A stretch of DNA of 61,988 nucleotides, filler included, from Trypethelium eluteriae (GCA_051942245.1; 3 parts of 3 records of this genome joined end to end with filler, not necessarily neighbours in it); one strand, 5' to 3'; shown: positions 1-12,848, numbered from the whole stretch's first letter. Notes: generated by a model from the sequence alone, not told the origin. Numbers and translations: made by a program.

Positions 1-260
1 CCTTGACGCCGACTTTCATGCCGTCCTTGGTGAAGGCGATGTTCTTCTTCTCCATCTTCTGTCGGCTCTGGTCTCCGATCTCGTTGGCGACGAGATAGAT
101 CTGGGAAGGTGACACGCGCGTCAGATCACGGCTAGCTCGAGATGAAAGATGCTACTTGCAGGATTGGCGGAAGACTCACGTGGTAGCCAACGAAGCTCAC
201 TACCCCCACGATGATGAAGAAGATGATGAGGGGAATTAGATTGCCAATGACGCCCGCCAT
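1..260 (-). CDS. 5' part of a small fungal membrane-anchored hypothetical protein, runs off the window edge
   Basis: ATG at 260 gives MAGVIGNLIPLIIFFIIVGVVSFVGYH. A GTGAGT...CCCAG intron spans 179-101, then the frame continues as IYLVANEIGDQSRQKMEKKNIAFTKDGMKVGVK to base 1. Confidence 0.75.
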
Positions 261-899
261 TCTAGCTCTTGTACCGTCGCGATTCCCTTTCTTGGGACCA
301 GATCGGATTGTATTTGATCGCGCGACTGAGTTGGTAGACCAGGAATCAAATAATTACGTCGTCGGTCTGAAGATGAAGAACTGTTGCTGTGCCGTACTTT
401 AGTCAGAGTCCCTTAGTAATAACGAGCGGCTGGTGTATTTTGTTAAGGCAATGATTATGCTGGAAATTTCAATTTCGTGATCACCCGTAAGAGCTGAGAA
501 GGTGGGATTCGGCTGTTCTTGAAGTGTCACGAGCGTGAACATGCAGCTCCCCAGCTGTCACGAAAAGTTGATGTGGGGCTGTGATGTGAAACTCCATGCA
601 AGCCCCATCCGCTTTTTCTTCCGTATTCGTCCATCTTTCCAGACCGATACCCCTGGATTTTCACTAGTCAAGGCACCGCGTTTCACCAAGAAGCCATAAT
701 CACAGGCTTTGAAGGTTTCTTCTAGGTGATGATATTTACACAACGCTGGGACCCGTCATGGACCAACATATGCAGGAGAAACTATTCAACACCGAAGCGA
801 AACCAAGAAGTCTCACTAAACCCCTGGGTCGATACAAAATTGCCCCTAAATGCATCCCGCTCTTGATAGAAATATCCCTAAAAATGTCGAAGTTTATTT

Positions 900-2465
900 C
901 TATACAATATTCCATGCCGCTACGAAAAGCGCCAAACCAAGTACACTGAAGCTGGTGGCAACCTGGCTTGCAGCGCCAGTAACCTTGTCCTTCGCTGCTT
1001 CATCCTGTTCACCAAACGTGACGTTCTGAGGGATAGTCGCGTTGCGACATTGTCCGTTTTCGATATCAAGGTTCATGAGATCATTGGCGTTGATGAAGAA
1101 CATATACGAATTGTTATTCAAGTTCTTGAATCCAGACGTGTCGTACGGGAACAGGTCACCCGAATCCGTCTCTGACGTATTCCTCAGCCAGATGCAGTTT
1201 ACTTGCCCGGGGTAGTCCGTCACCATCTGCGGGTAATCCTTCATCACGTCGGGATTGGATGTATCGGCAACGAGGTTGAATTTACGGTTCGGGAACGTTT
1301 GGAAGATTTTGTCGAGGAGATATTTGCGGGGGCTTATTGTTTCGTCACTGTTCGTAAAGTTCAACGGACGATCGTCGAAGCTACCATCGGGATATGTCTT
1401 GAAGACGAAATCTTCATAGGGGCGCGTGGCTTGCTCCGGCGTGGTGGTAAGGTAGTGGAAGTGCATCGTGGGAATTGACTTCGACCAGTTTGCATAGATA
1501 TCTGGCATATTTTCCCATTGCGTGAATGGTCTCGCAAACGAATTGAGAAGGCCCTCCTCGGGCTCATAGATTTTCGTTATCCGGAGAATGTCGTCAATGT
1601 CTGAAATCGTAGTAAGACCCTTGTTAGGAACGAGATAGACAGTCGCGTTGCCTGTATCTGCAGCGCCGCGAACCCAGCTTCCAAACGTCTGAACGTTGTT
1701 CGTCTCATTGCCATTGGCAAATTGGAGACTGCCAGTGCTGTTGCCTCCAGCATTTGTTCCCGTGCTGCCACCGTTTGCATTGTCACCCTGATTGTTGCCA
1801 GACAGCGGGACAAAAACGTCGAAGTCACCCTCGGCTGTGGTATTGTAGGGAAGTGTGATACTTTCTTTAGAAGAGCCGTCCATGTCAGCCACAAGATCAA
1901 GTGTGACGGAAACATTGCCCTGTTGCACAATGAAGATCTCCGACGTCAAGTTGCGCGCGTTTGCCTGCTGATCTGCAGGTAGCTGATCATAATTGCCAAC
2001 TACAAATCCATCCGCATATTTAGCAAGATCTGACTCGGAAATGTTGGGTGTCTTGTAAATGAATCCATTGAACCGTACTTGCCAACCCTTGTCCGTGAAA
2101 TTGCCATACGGTCTTCTTTGGAGCGCTGATGTAGGAGTTGCCGCCAGATCGCTATCGGAAATGCCCAATGTGCTCATAATCTGACTTCCAGTAGGAAGAG
2201 ACGTAAGGGCGGCGGGCTCGACGCCGTTGGTACCACCAGTAGCCGCAGACCCAAGAGCTCCAGTGAAAGAATTGGCGAGAGAGGCGGCGTCAGATGTTAA
2301 GGAGCTGACATCGCTTCCAATATCTCTTGCTCTGAGCTGCGTTTTCGTAGGGGCGGGCGTGACCAGAGGTGGCCATGCGCTCTCCTGTCGCGGGCTGGGA
2401 CCAGCCGATGCCAAGGTCGTCAAGGCTGCAATGAACGCCCATAACGCGTGAATATGGCGAGGCAT
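900..2465 (-). CDS. App1-family phosphatidate phosphatase-like protein (DUF2183), predicted secreted and GPI-anchored
   Basis: Single 521-aa ORF with an N-terminal signal peptide, ISDIDDILRIT, FHYLTTTP and LVADTSNPD App1-type motifs, and a hydrophobic C-terminal tail after small residues. Confidence 0.8.
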   Translation of the reverse strand: MPRHIHALWAFIAALTTLASAGPSPRQESAWPPLVTPAPTKTQLRARDIGSDVSSLTSDAASLANSFTGALGSAATGGTNGVEPAALTSLPTGSQIMSTLGISDSDLAATPTSALQRRPYGNFTDKGWQVRFNGFIYKTPNISESDLAKYADGFVVGNYDQLPADQQANARNLTSEIFIVQQGNVSVTLDLVADMDGSSKESITLPYNTTAEGDFDVFVPLSGNNQGDNANGGSTGTNAGGNSTGSLQFANGNETNNVQTFGSWVRGAADTGNATVYLVPNKGLTTISDIDDILRITKIYEPEEGLLNSFARPFTQWENMPDIYANWSKSIPTMHFHYLTTTPEQATRPYEDFVFKTYPDGSFDDRPLNFTNSDETISPRKYLLDKIFQTFPNRKFNLVADTSNPDVMKDYPQMVTDYPGQVNCIWLRNTSETDSGDLFPYDTSGFKNLNNNSYMFFINANDLMNLDIENGQCRNATIPQNVTFGEQDEAAKDKVTGAASQVATSFSVLGLALFVAAWNIV

Positions 2466-3253
2466 TGCACGAAGTTGCTCCTTGCTGTCGACTTGCGGTA
2501 CTATTTTGCTTGCGAGCTGAAAGCAGTGACCCCTTTCCGCGGCGGTGCCTCGTCAGGAAGGATGATCTTCGAATTTAATTGTGCACGTGAGTGTCTATAA
2601 GTAGGGTTATCGCATGATTCTCGAGGCTCAAGGAGAGCAATTCCAGCCAATTTGTGTAAGGTGAAAGTATAGAAGGAACGCGCTGCATCAACAAAAAACA
2701 GGTTTAGGTGAGAGGTACATGGGAAGTACCTAGTAAATAAGCTCTAACAGCCAAGAGCTCAGGAGCGCCTGAGAATCGACCGGGCTGGGCCATAATGATC
2801 CCTGTCCACTATGACATCATTTATTTCAGCAGACGCAACATAGAAATATTCGATGCTAGTCACTGTATCGCGAGGCAACACGATGAGCACCATGGGATTC
2901 AAATGCATGGAGGAATTCAAGTGATGAAATCGTTAAAAGCATTGTTTTGCTATGCATATCCACGGACGACTTCAGAAATGATCGTCTCTACCACGCCTGC
3001 TATCTCAAGCGTCCTTTCCGGAAGGATCCGACAACCCCCGCCACATACCTCCGTAATTTTACAGGAGTTTAGGTAGGTCTACAAATCGACGGCACATTGA
3101 AATGCCATCTGCTCATACCGTCCAGAAACACCAGGAAGTCATGCTTAGAGGAATTCATCATCAAGCGTTGCGCATCAGCTAACATAAATACATGCAACAC
3201 AAATGGACCTGCACAAGATCCTACCAACCATCTTATCCGTGTACTTGCTTTTC

Positions 3254-5751
3254 TTACAGTCTCGCTAACCCCCTAATCTCACCAGGTGCCTGGTATTCCG
3301 GAACCTTCATGTCTAAAGCACTGCCACTGTATCCCAAGTCCTCTGCAGTCAAGACAGCGCACTTCTCACCAATAAGCAGCGCTGTGCTGTAGGTGTTGCA
3401 GCCCACATTGTCAGGGCAGATACTAAGATCCGCCACCTTCAAGCCTTTGACGCCGTGAACATTGAGTCTCTCGTCAAGGACACCATGCTTCACGATGCTG
3501 TTCCCTTCCTTCGGCGCCATGGAGCACGTGCCAAGACTGTGCCAGGTTGTTTCGACGTGCCTAGAATGGAAAATCAGTATTAAGGGAAAGTCGCTGATTT
3601 TACGATCCTCTTACCTCTTGACCCATTCCTCAACAGCGAGTAAGTCCTCGCGGCTGTATTGGAGATCCTCGCGGACGGTCTGCTGGTTGCTATTGAGGAA
3701 GTTGACGGACGGTGCCTTCCCCTCGTCCGTACCGACGGTCCATGAGCCTGGAGGAGCTTGTTAGCATTGCTTACCTATCACTGCTCAAGGCAGCCAGGGT
3801 TGGACTTACCGTGCTGAATACCCGCAGAGATGTGATTGGGTCCGGCATAGGCCTTCGTCGTCGCGAGATCCATGTCTTTGGCCCTTGCCGGGCTGTCGTA
3901 TGAGAAGAACTACATACCATTCTGTCAGTTGTCGTTCAAAAGCTATAGCTGCGAGCCAAGTCAGGAGAGTCCTTACCGGATGGTAGCTTGTAACCTCTCC
4001 AGCGTAGGCGTCCATACGTCTGGCCGTCTCACGGGACTTGATGTACCCCCAGACCATAGGCCACATGTCGCGCTTGTCATTCATGAAACCAGCATCGAAA
4101 TCAGGAGCTTCATAAGGATTGGGTGAGATGATATGAGTGAAGCCACGAGAGAAAGGATACTCGAGGAAATGGAACATGGTAAAGAATTTGCCGGGGGGCA
4201 AATGCATATGATCGCCGAACCATCTTTGTATCATCAACAAAAAGATCAGAAATCACTGTGAACTTAATGAGACTTACCCAGCAATAACGGAGTAGTGCAT
4301 GACAGGCTTGTCGGGCTTGTCCTTGAAGTAGCTGTCCCAGCCTTGCTTGAAAGAGCCGAACGGAGTCTTCTCAATCTCTTGCACTTCCTTCTCCGTGGGC
4401 CGAAGCTTAACGCCGGACTCGATACCATTGGTAGCGAGCGGACCAGTGCCATTCGTGTACCATTGGTTGAAGACCTTTTCCTGGACGGCGGTGTCGCCGC
4501 GGACGAAGTCGTCGAAGGACTCACCCTCAGGCTTGGAACGGAACACAGAGAAGGTGAGATAATGGTCTTGGAAGTTGAGGCCTACGCCAGGAAGATCGAC
4601 TTTTGGATCGACACCCGCATCGCGGAGTTTCTTTGGGTCGCCTGGATTTCGAGTGAGCTCCCCTAGAATCTTTAATTCAGGAGCTCAAGACCTACCGATA
4701 CCAGACCTCTGGAGAATAAGAGGTGAGCTGAGTGTGCCACCACTGATGATGATCTGCTTGCGAGCTTTGAAGATTCTGGACGTAGACTCGGAAGGGTGCA
4801 GGGGTTTGGTGGGTACAGTCTGTACACCAACTGCACGATCACCCTCGAGAACGACCTTGTCTGCTTTGGTATTGCACATCAAGTGCAGGTTCTGGTGGTG
4901 AGCGCGAGTGCTGTGGATGTATGCGTGAGCAGAGTCCGACCGCCGTCCAGTGTCACTAGATGCAAGATGAGTAGTTGCTCACGATCTTATAGGTCGAATG
5001 GATTCTTACCGATTGATCCATTTGTCCCATTGGCAGGCCCCGTGGCCAGTAGTCAGATCTTGAAGGTCGTCGGTAAGCGGGATTCCCTGACTTTCAGTCG
5101 CACGCAGGAAGTCTTGCATCACCGGGTAGGTGTAGTTGCCAAACGAGACTTTGATGGGCCCCTCGAAGCCGTGCAACTCCCTATTGTTGCATGACCTCTG
5201 GTAAGTCTCGTGTTTCCTCATTAGAGGAATCAACTCCTTCGTCGTCCAACCCTTTGCCTGGAAGTCATCATAGTCCGAAGCTGACGCTCGGGTGTACATC
5301 TGAATCAACCATTAGTTTTCCATCTCGTCTAGGTTCGATTCTGATATACCATGAAATTGATGCTAGATCCTACATCTCGTTAGGGAGAGAAAAGCTTTGA
5401 TAGTGGCCCAGTGCTTACCTCCACCCAAGACGTGGGCGCAGGGAACGACTGCACGACGTCCACCGAGCCACTCTGAAGGACGAGAGTAGTAGAATGAAGC
5501 TGTCTTGCTGTCCAATTTCATGTTTCGCGGGTAGATACCGGGGCGATAGATCCATTGATTGTTGAGGTTGCTCTCGCCAGCCTCAATGAGCAAAACTTGG
5601 AGCTTGTGGTCCAGATTCGCCAGTCGACCAGCGACTACGCACCTACAACGCGTGAGTGTGGAGGCACAGAGCTTGCTCATCGAAATGGTAGAGAATACCC
5701 GCATGATCCTCCACCAACCACGATAATATCAACTTCGTCAGGAATAGTCAT
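3254..5751 (-). CDS. AOX: Peroxisomal alcohol (methanol) oxidase, GMC oxidoreductase, multi-exon
   Basis: Starts MTIPDEVDIIVVGGGSCGCVVAGRLAN. Further motifs: 20-nt exon SSINFM (5369-5350), MYTRASASDYDD, FLEYPFSRG, DLSICPDNVGCNTYSTALLIGEK. Ends in the PTS1 tripeptide ARL. Confidence 0.96.
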
Positions 5752-5890
5752 ATTGAACGACGTCAAACTTTTGGACTGACTTGAACAATACCTTGAAGCA
5801 ACAAGATTGAACAATGAGATGAGAGGCTCAGTAGAAGAAGCCCTGGAAGATCAAGCTCTCGTGGGACCGGCAACCTTATTTACACATAAA

Positions 5891-6268
5891 CCCCGCACAG
5901 CAGGCTCTCGGCAGCAAGGAATATGTCTATTTTAGAAGATAGAGCGAGGGGAAAGCGCTGCTTGGCTCGCATCTGGAACAAACCAGGAGCTCCAGAGACA
6001 AATCCTCGGGCTTGGAACGGCAGAAAGCATCCCATCCGTACTGGGGCCCCGCATCTATCGTACAAGGCCAGGGTATCAAGGTATACGCGTTCCGAAATTC
6101 TGGGGATCTAACGACGCAAAACCTCCTAGAAGGGTTGAATGAGGCAGCATTGGAATGATCCTGATTGGGCGGTCATCTAACCGAAATATGGAGCCCTGGC
6201 CATCTCCGATTTCTGGCTCAAAGCTGTGCATGAGGATCAGAGCTGGGACATGAATCCCTGTTGTGGGG
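5891..6268. promoter_or_regulatory. Cluster of CreA/Mig1-type SYGGRG sites upstream of alcohol oxidase
   Basis: CCCCGC 5891, CTCCAG 5990, CTGGGG 6041 abutting CCCCGC 6047, CTGGGG 6100, GTGGGG 6263. Confidence 0.5.
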
Positions 6269-7524
6269 TCTGACGTTGGTTATTCGGCAAGTGAAAAAGT
6301 ATCCGGAGACGATTGAGAATTGTAGATGAATATGAATCAACGATGTTCAGCTGGAAAGGTTGAAACCTGATAGCCTTCTTAACTCTTCACGAACAACTCT
6401 CAGGAACTCCCCTAAGCATGAGGTTCAAGAGATGAAAGAAGGAACCAATGATTGGTTCACAGCTATATGATGGAGGCTACTCTACCGTATAACCGCTTGA
6501 TCCGACATGGGCAAACGCTAACAGAGAGCTTGCCAATGCGCACCAGGGTTGCTTTAATGTGGAAAATTTATTGCCAATCGCAACAGCTTTCCCCGCAGCT
6601 TGGAGCGCTCCACATCTTAGTGAAAGCACCAAATCTCTATTCTTGAGCAGGGCTTGCCGCAGTAGTGCAGGGAGAGTGGAGAGAGGGTGGGGAAATTGGA
6701 ATCCGGGCTAGTCGTTACGGAGTACCTAGGTACGTATACGTCTAGGGGAACCGGAGCATTCCGTCGTTAACCGAGCGGGGCTAGCTGCATGTTCAGAGAC
6801 CGGCAATAAGCTGAGCCAAATGAGCATTTCCCATGAAGAAAACGTTATCATTATTTCATGAATAGAAATAACAAGCTCAGAAGTGTATGGAGGTCTTGTC
6901 ATTACCATAAGTAGGGACATGTGGATAGAGGGTAGAGATATTAGCGGATCCATCAGCAGAATCCTACCTCAGCGCAGCAAGCGGTGGAAAAATCCATGTC
7001 CGATGAAACCTAATCGTGAAGAAATGATTCATGGTTTTGGACAATCCTCAAAGGTGCACAGTATTCTCGGCATTTCACCATTAGTTTTACCTCTCCATTT
7101 CATTTCGGTCAAGGAAACCAGCAAACAAATCTCAACCATAGGCGTCCTGTATCTGGTGGTAGGCTTATTAGCAAATTGGAAGTAATCCACAATGACGGGG
7201 CTTTGGCAGGCATTAATACTAGTCAGATTGAAGACGATCGTGAGAAAACTCTGGACATAATTCAGTGAGTCGACTCACATGAAGAAAAAGCCTCAGTATT
7301 TGCGACACAGGCAATATATATTTGGGATATCGTGTCTCAGAAACGCCGGAGCTACTCGATCTATCCTTGACCAGTGCGATCGCTTCTCCTATACCGACAA
7401 CGCCTGATCTCTTGATATCCTCTAAAAATTTCATCCCATTTTTATCGCAGCCACGCGCTTAGGAGTAGAGATTTTTAAAACATAAAATTTTATGAAGAAC
7501 AGAAGAGAAAATGGCTCCGAGCGT

Positions 7525-8797
7525 TCAAATAATTTCGTTCCGCTCCCACCCAGTAGATTTAATATGTTCGATGTCTTTCGAGGGGTGAGGTTTGGTAGGA
7601 TCTTTGTATTTCGAGACAAAAGGATTGGGATCATCTTTCTGATCAAGGTTGCCCTGCAAGACTGTCAACTCGGTGATACGGATCATGTCAATGACTGACC
7701 CCGCTTACCAAGGTGTGGTTAACCTCACGGTGTTTTGCCTCGTCTGCCCTGATATATAGTAGAAGGTCTTTCATCTTGCGATGTCCCTCGGGCATATTCC
7801 AGTACTTGATTGCGATATCCGGGGCGTCCATCTTCTCCCACTTCGGCAATTTGCCAGCTTCCAAGTCGGCGATCTGTCGGCTATATGTGATGACAGCCTC
7901 CTCTTCAAGATAGCCTACAAAGCGATGACAGGTACGCGGAGAGATAAGATAGGCCACAAAGAATGCGTTGAAGAACACGCCTTGGGCACCGAGTATTGCC
8001 AGTCGCATGAACCAGCCAGGCTCGGCCATTTTGAGGAATGTGAGGAGATGCATTCGCTCGTTGAAAGACTCTTCGAGCAGTGTCTCAATCCTGGCTCGCT
8101 GTCAGCTTGACACCCATCAAGACTTGCAGTGTCGACTGAGGCAATGCCTTGACGAATTGACGTACCAACCGTTATCCCGCTTCATCTTTCGCAGGCTGTG
8201 AAGATGACGGAGCATGCCACCAACCATGCCAGGTACACCAGCAATGCTCTCCAAGAAGATATTGCGGATCATAAATTTCCGTTCGGTCATTGCGTACTTC
8301 TGCACAGCCTTTTCGTGATCTTTCTTAGCGAGAGCGACTGCCGAATCATGTTTGTAGCCTGTAATGGTGTCGAAGCTCCAGCGAAGACATCGAATCGCAA
8401 TGAGTGCAGCCCGATCGGACCAATTCTTGACTTCGCGGTGGGCCACCCTGATATCGTTCAGTTGCTTCTCAGTGTAGCTTGAGAAGACGCGTTAGTATTG
8501 TCTTCCATGACAGGGGTTGCACAGAACACACATAGGATGAGGCCAAGCAGCATCAGTCTGTCGAACTTTCTGTGTCTCATGAGAAGGAAAAAATTCCTTT
8601 ATCTGAGCTGTAGCTGTGGAGGAGAAAGCTCTATTTGGATTCCGCCATTGCTGCGAGTGATTTAGTGACCTCCCACCACGACTGTTGAGCGATAGATGGC
8701 CGCCATTCACTAGCACACAGAGGCTTCTCGATATTTGGGCTGAGGTTCCCTTCGATGCGAGTAGCCTCGCACAGTTTGTTGGCTGCAAAGAAGTCAT
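7525..8797 (-). CDS. aod-1: Mitochondrial alternative oxidase, multi-exon
   Basis: Mitochondrial presequence-like N-terminus (RAFSSTA). Di-iron motifs [38 protein letters not shown] and [15 protein letters not shown]. Last exon [12 protein letters not shown]...GWERNEII ends at TGA 7527-7525. Confidence 0.95.
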
Positions 8798-8994
8798 TAA
8801 TCTCGTCGAAATGAGCAGATCTTCAGAGAATTTCTTCAGAGAAGGAAGAAAAATATTGTGATAAGGTGCGACGGTGACTACAGGCAGATGATGTCGACGT
8901 AAGGCATCAAAGCTTGACTTATATGGTAGAGTCACCTGAGACGAAGGATAGGATGACTCGTATCTCGGAACCGCAACATACCAAGCAATTCACT

Positions 8995-9258
8995 CCGTCA
9001 GCCGCCGGTAACGATCATTTTTCGAAGCTGCATCTCGCGTATTGGGCGCGTTCTAGCCTTGCTACAAAGCAAAACTTTTCTAACACTTTGCAGAAACGTG
9101 TACTAGGGCGTCCATATGACCTTGCTGCCACGTAGATTTTATGGGGAACGGGAAAAAATGTTACCAAACAAAACGAAGTTTGCGGTGTTGTGTCTCGCTG
9201 ACTGGGAGAAACGGGACATGGCTGGAAATTTGGAATTAGCCACATCGGGATATTTCGG
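8995..9258. promoter_or_regulatory. Two CGG-N7-CGG motifs (alternative oxidase induction motif / AcuK-AcuM-type sites)
   Basis: CCG TCAGCCG CCG at 8995-9007 and CGG GATATTT CGG at 9246-9258, about 200 and 450 bp upstream of the alternative oxidase ATG. Confidence 0.6.
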
Positions 9259-9655
9259 AAGCGGCAGCACTGCCTCTAAACCGCCTCGTTCACGCTCCTG
9301 ACCTCAGCGATTATGTTAGATTCTTCTACATTAATCATGCTACACGGGCTAGAACATTGCCATACTTCCTTCAAGTGGCAGTGGGTGTAACAGTCGATGA
9401 CGTGGTTGACAGGTAGTTGTTACAATGTTGCCACCGAGTCAACGTTGCCTACCCTTCCATTGTCCACGGAGTATTTCTTATCCATTAACTCATACATAGA
9501 CATTCTCAGGCTGGATAGGTCGCTGTCCGTTCTTGGTAGAAGCGCCTCTGTAAGTCTCCTTTTCCCCTTAACTTGACCACGGGACATGTTGCAAGACCCT
9601 AATCTGAAAGAGCAAGCCGGGCAAGACCAGATGACATTTCTATCAGCCCAGCTTT

Positions 9656-10156
9656 TCAATCGCTGAAGCTGCTCTCTCCCTCCTTAGTTTCAATCTCTGA
9701 ATGTTCGACTCCGTTCACGATCGCCGCCTGGGGTCCTTTGTTCAGATGTTGAATGAACTCCTTCAATTGTTCATCCGTGCCCTGTGCTTCTCCCTGCACC
9801 TGCGTCATAATTGTTTCAGCACTATTCGAAGGAGGTGAGCAGCAGGTAGTAATACCGAGCCATCTTCAACATTCTTCACAAAACCAGTGACTCCGAGACC
9901 TTGCGCCTGCCTGCGCGTGTACGATCTGTTGAACGGTGAGTAGCCGACCTGGTTTGAAGACGAGAGCGGGAGGAACAGACCGGAAGTTGACGCCTGGTTG
10001 AAGGCCTCATTATTTTCTACCTCTTTGAATTCGTCATCAGGTCAGAACGTACCTTGAACCTGCCCCTCGACCTTGTACTGAATCTAAATTGGCCATTAGC
10101 AACTCGAAATCTTTGGCTTTCCCTTGCCAAAAATCACTCACGCGCTTGGGCGCCAT
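9656..10156 (-). CDS. Acylphosphatase, five exons
   Basis: Exons 10156-10142, 10083-10053, 9993-9981, 9925-9856 and 9799-9656 join through GT-AG introns. The product is MAPKRIQYKVEGQVQGVNFRSYTRRQAQGLGVTGFVKNVEDGSVQGEAQG...KGPQAAIV..., with the VQGVxFR loop and catalytic Asn. Confidence 0.92.
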
Positions 10157-11946
10157 GCTTCTAGTGCTACGTGTGAAGAGTTGTTTCATTCACTTGATTT
10201 TGACTGAGGAAGAGGTAATGTTAGCATCCTTCCAAGAGCTATGGCGAGGTGTAGAGGTAGAGGTGTTACGTCATCTGTGCCTGGGGAGAGGCGGGAAATG
10301 TGCCGGGTTCAAAAATGTCCCTTCCGTCGGCGTTAGGTACTTTAATTTGCCAAAAACCATCCACTTCTCTATTATGGAAGAGCTGGCATGTCTTGATGTT
10401 AACGTAATTTTTGCCTCTCAAGATCCAAACATAATTTAAGGAAGAGACCTGTTTTACCCACAGTATCTCTCACAGTATCTGTTCTAGTTGTCTGGCCACC
10501 TCGTGGAATGACGGTAACTGATTCCTATTCCAACTAACTACCTAATCCGAGTCCAATAGAGTCGCTCTTACGATATGGCGGACGGAATTCTGAGGATTTT
10601 GCCAGGCGTCCGCACGATGGGTAATATGATCACCGAGAAAACTACGCCAATGGGGTGCAGAATGTATGCATTCTTCAATGATATTCTTGCGGATCGGAAA
10701 GACCTGATGGACCGCCTAGGAAAGGTCGATCAGGCTGTACGAAATTGTACGAGCTAATTGGTCGAAGTTCGCAAAAAGGCGCCAGAACAAAGCAGTCATG
10801 TTTACCGTACAATGTTCTCCTGGCCTTTGGAAAAATCAAAGCTAACTTCATTGACAAAGATGGCTTCCGTGTACATCGATCGAAAACATGCCATACGATT
10901 TCTGTGGTACCCGCTAGAAGTAAAATACTGATTCAGCGGGGTCTGCAGAGCAATAAGGGAGACATGGAAACGAGGGCAGCAATGAGTTTGAGCTTACGCG
11001 CTGGCCACAGACCAGACTCCTGAGGTCAGCTACCGTGCGGCATGTGAACAATTTATCCGACCGTTGACTTCAAATTAGTATACTGAAACGAGAACTGAAG
11101 ACTTCAAGGTTGCTGACGAATCTATGTAAAGTGGAAGACGACGACGACGATCTGAAGTAGCTTGACGTGAAGAAAACTAGATTCAGATACACTCGACTTC
11201 GAACAGTTGATTGCTTAATCCGTTGCGACGAATTGGTAGGCCTGACAGTGACTTATTCTTTCAGGTTCGACGCCTGCGGATTTATTGGTTAGAACTTGGA
11301 AGGATCAGTGAATTTGCTGATTGTTTTCGATTGCTCCACCTGCTAAAGATACGGCGAGGGACCTAGATTTAACTAACAGTTCAATAAATTGTTTTCAGAA
11401 TTGTGGCTCGCTAGAAGCGAAAGGTTTAGTTCCCGATCCCTTATCCCAGGTTCTCTCAAACAGCACCCGTTTGACATACGATCTTGATTCTCAATGTTTA
11501 TATCTCACCAACGCGAAGCAAGATAGCCCTCTCAGTTTGCGTATCTTGCAAAACAAAATTTCAGCTGCTTTTGTCTGGATGCATGAACTCCATGGAATTT
11601 ATCGGTCCTTCTGCATCTCTGTTTACATTCAATCATACTAATCCCATCGGGCAGCAAACACGTTTCGTTATACCGTCACGTGCTGTCACTGGTTAACTCA
11701 GGAAACGAATGACCATAAGGAGACACTAAGTGTTGCAGAGCGCATCCTACTAGGTTCCAGTAGTGACGAGCTTGATAAGCAATAGCCACAGTCCCCACTT
11801 TTCCTCTCATTCACTCCCCTCGTTTGGTTTCTTCGTAGTTTACCCACAAAGTGGAACTGGGTAAGTCAATTCTCAGAATCATCTCAAATCTCGTTTGATC
11901 TAACTGACAACCTAGTACACAACTTCAGTACGGTCTCGCTCAAATC

Positions 11947-12848
11947 ATGGCTCAAGACGGTGAGCATGCTCCTTTGGAGATCGCACCGGATGGCGACGTC
12001 GTTCTCGTTGTGGGACAAGGTACGGCTCAGAAAAAAACTACGGGTCCACTCTGTGGCCTTGAAAATGGCCTCGAAAACCTTTGCCGCCATGTTCGGACCT
12101 CATTTCAATGAGGATCAATCTCTGAACAGTGCCAATCCGAAGACGGTGCCTCTGCCAGATGATGACGTGGAGGGCCTTAACGACTCTATGCAATATCATT
12201 CATCTCCGCAATGAAGTCCTCAATAATATGGAGCGTCCTGCACCAGCTTCAATCCAAGGAACCCCAATATTCTCGTTATACTTCTGGCAAGCGCGCTCTT
12301 GCTGGATGATCTGTGTGGTTTTGCGGATGTCAGCAAAGCACTTCTCTTCAATTACGGGGGAAGCTATTCTCAACTTCGGAAAGACAATACCTGCCATGAC
12401 ATTCCATGGGAACTTATAGGTAATTGAGGGTTTAGGTGAACGAAGTGTTCTTAGTTAACTTGGTTTTACAGATTGTATGACAAGAAAGCGAGAAGCGCTG
12501 CGGCTTCGCATCAATGCCGTTCTTTGGCACGCCTTGACTTGGTTCCACACGACTTCATGCAGTACCCACGTTCCTTGCAAGTCTGTGAATGCACAGACTT
12601 GCAGTCTGGCCAAGACTTATGCGGGATCAGAGGCCTTTGTAGCCGGCTTTCGCGACTCATCTTGCGAGGACACTATGAAACATATCGAAAACAGACGTGA
12701 TCTGGAAACCCCCACCCAGCCGTTCGTACGCAGACCACCAGGAATTCGGGAGTGCTTTATCAAAATCAGAAATACATCTGGACTCTGCATCGACTGCCAT
12801 GATCATGCGGAATGCTGCAATACCAAATGCAGAGTCAAGCGCTTGTAG
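11947..12848 (+). pseudogene. BTB/POZ-domain pseudogene, paralog of 14218-15289
   Basis: BTB motifs EIAPDGDVVLVVG, LRVHSVALKMASKTFAAMFGPHFNE and VPLPDDD lie in different frames. Frameshifts occur at the A7 run (12031-12037) and near 12171, plus an apparent internal deletion near 12255. The GTAATTG intron is at the same position as in the paralog. Confidence 0.8.
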
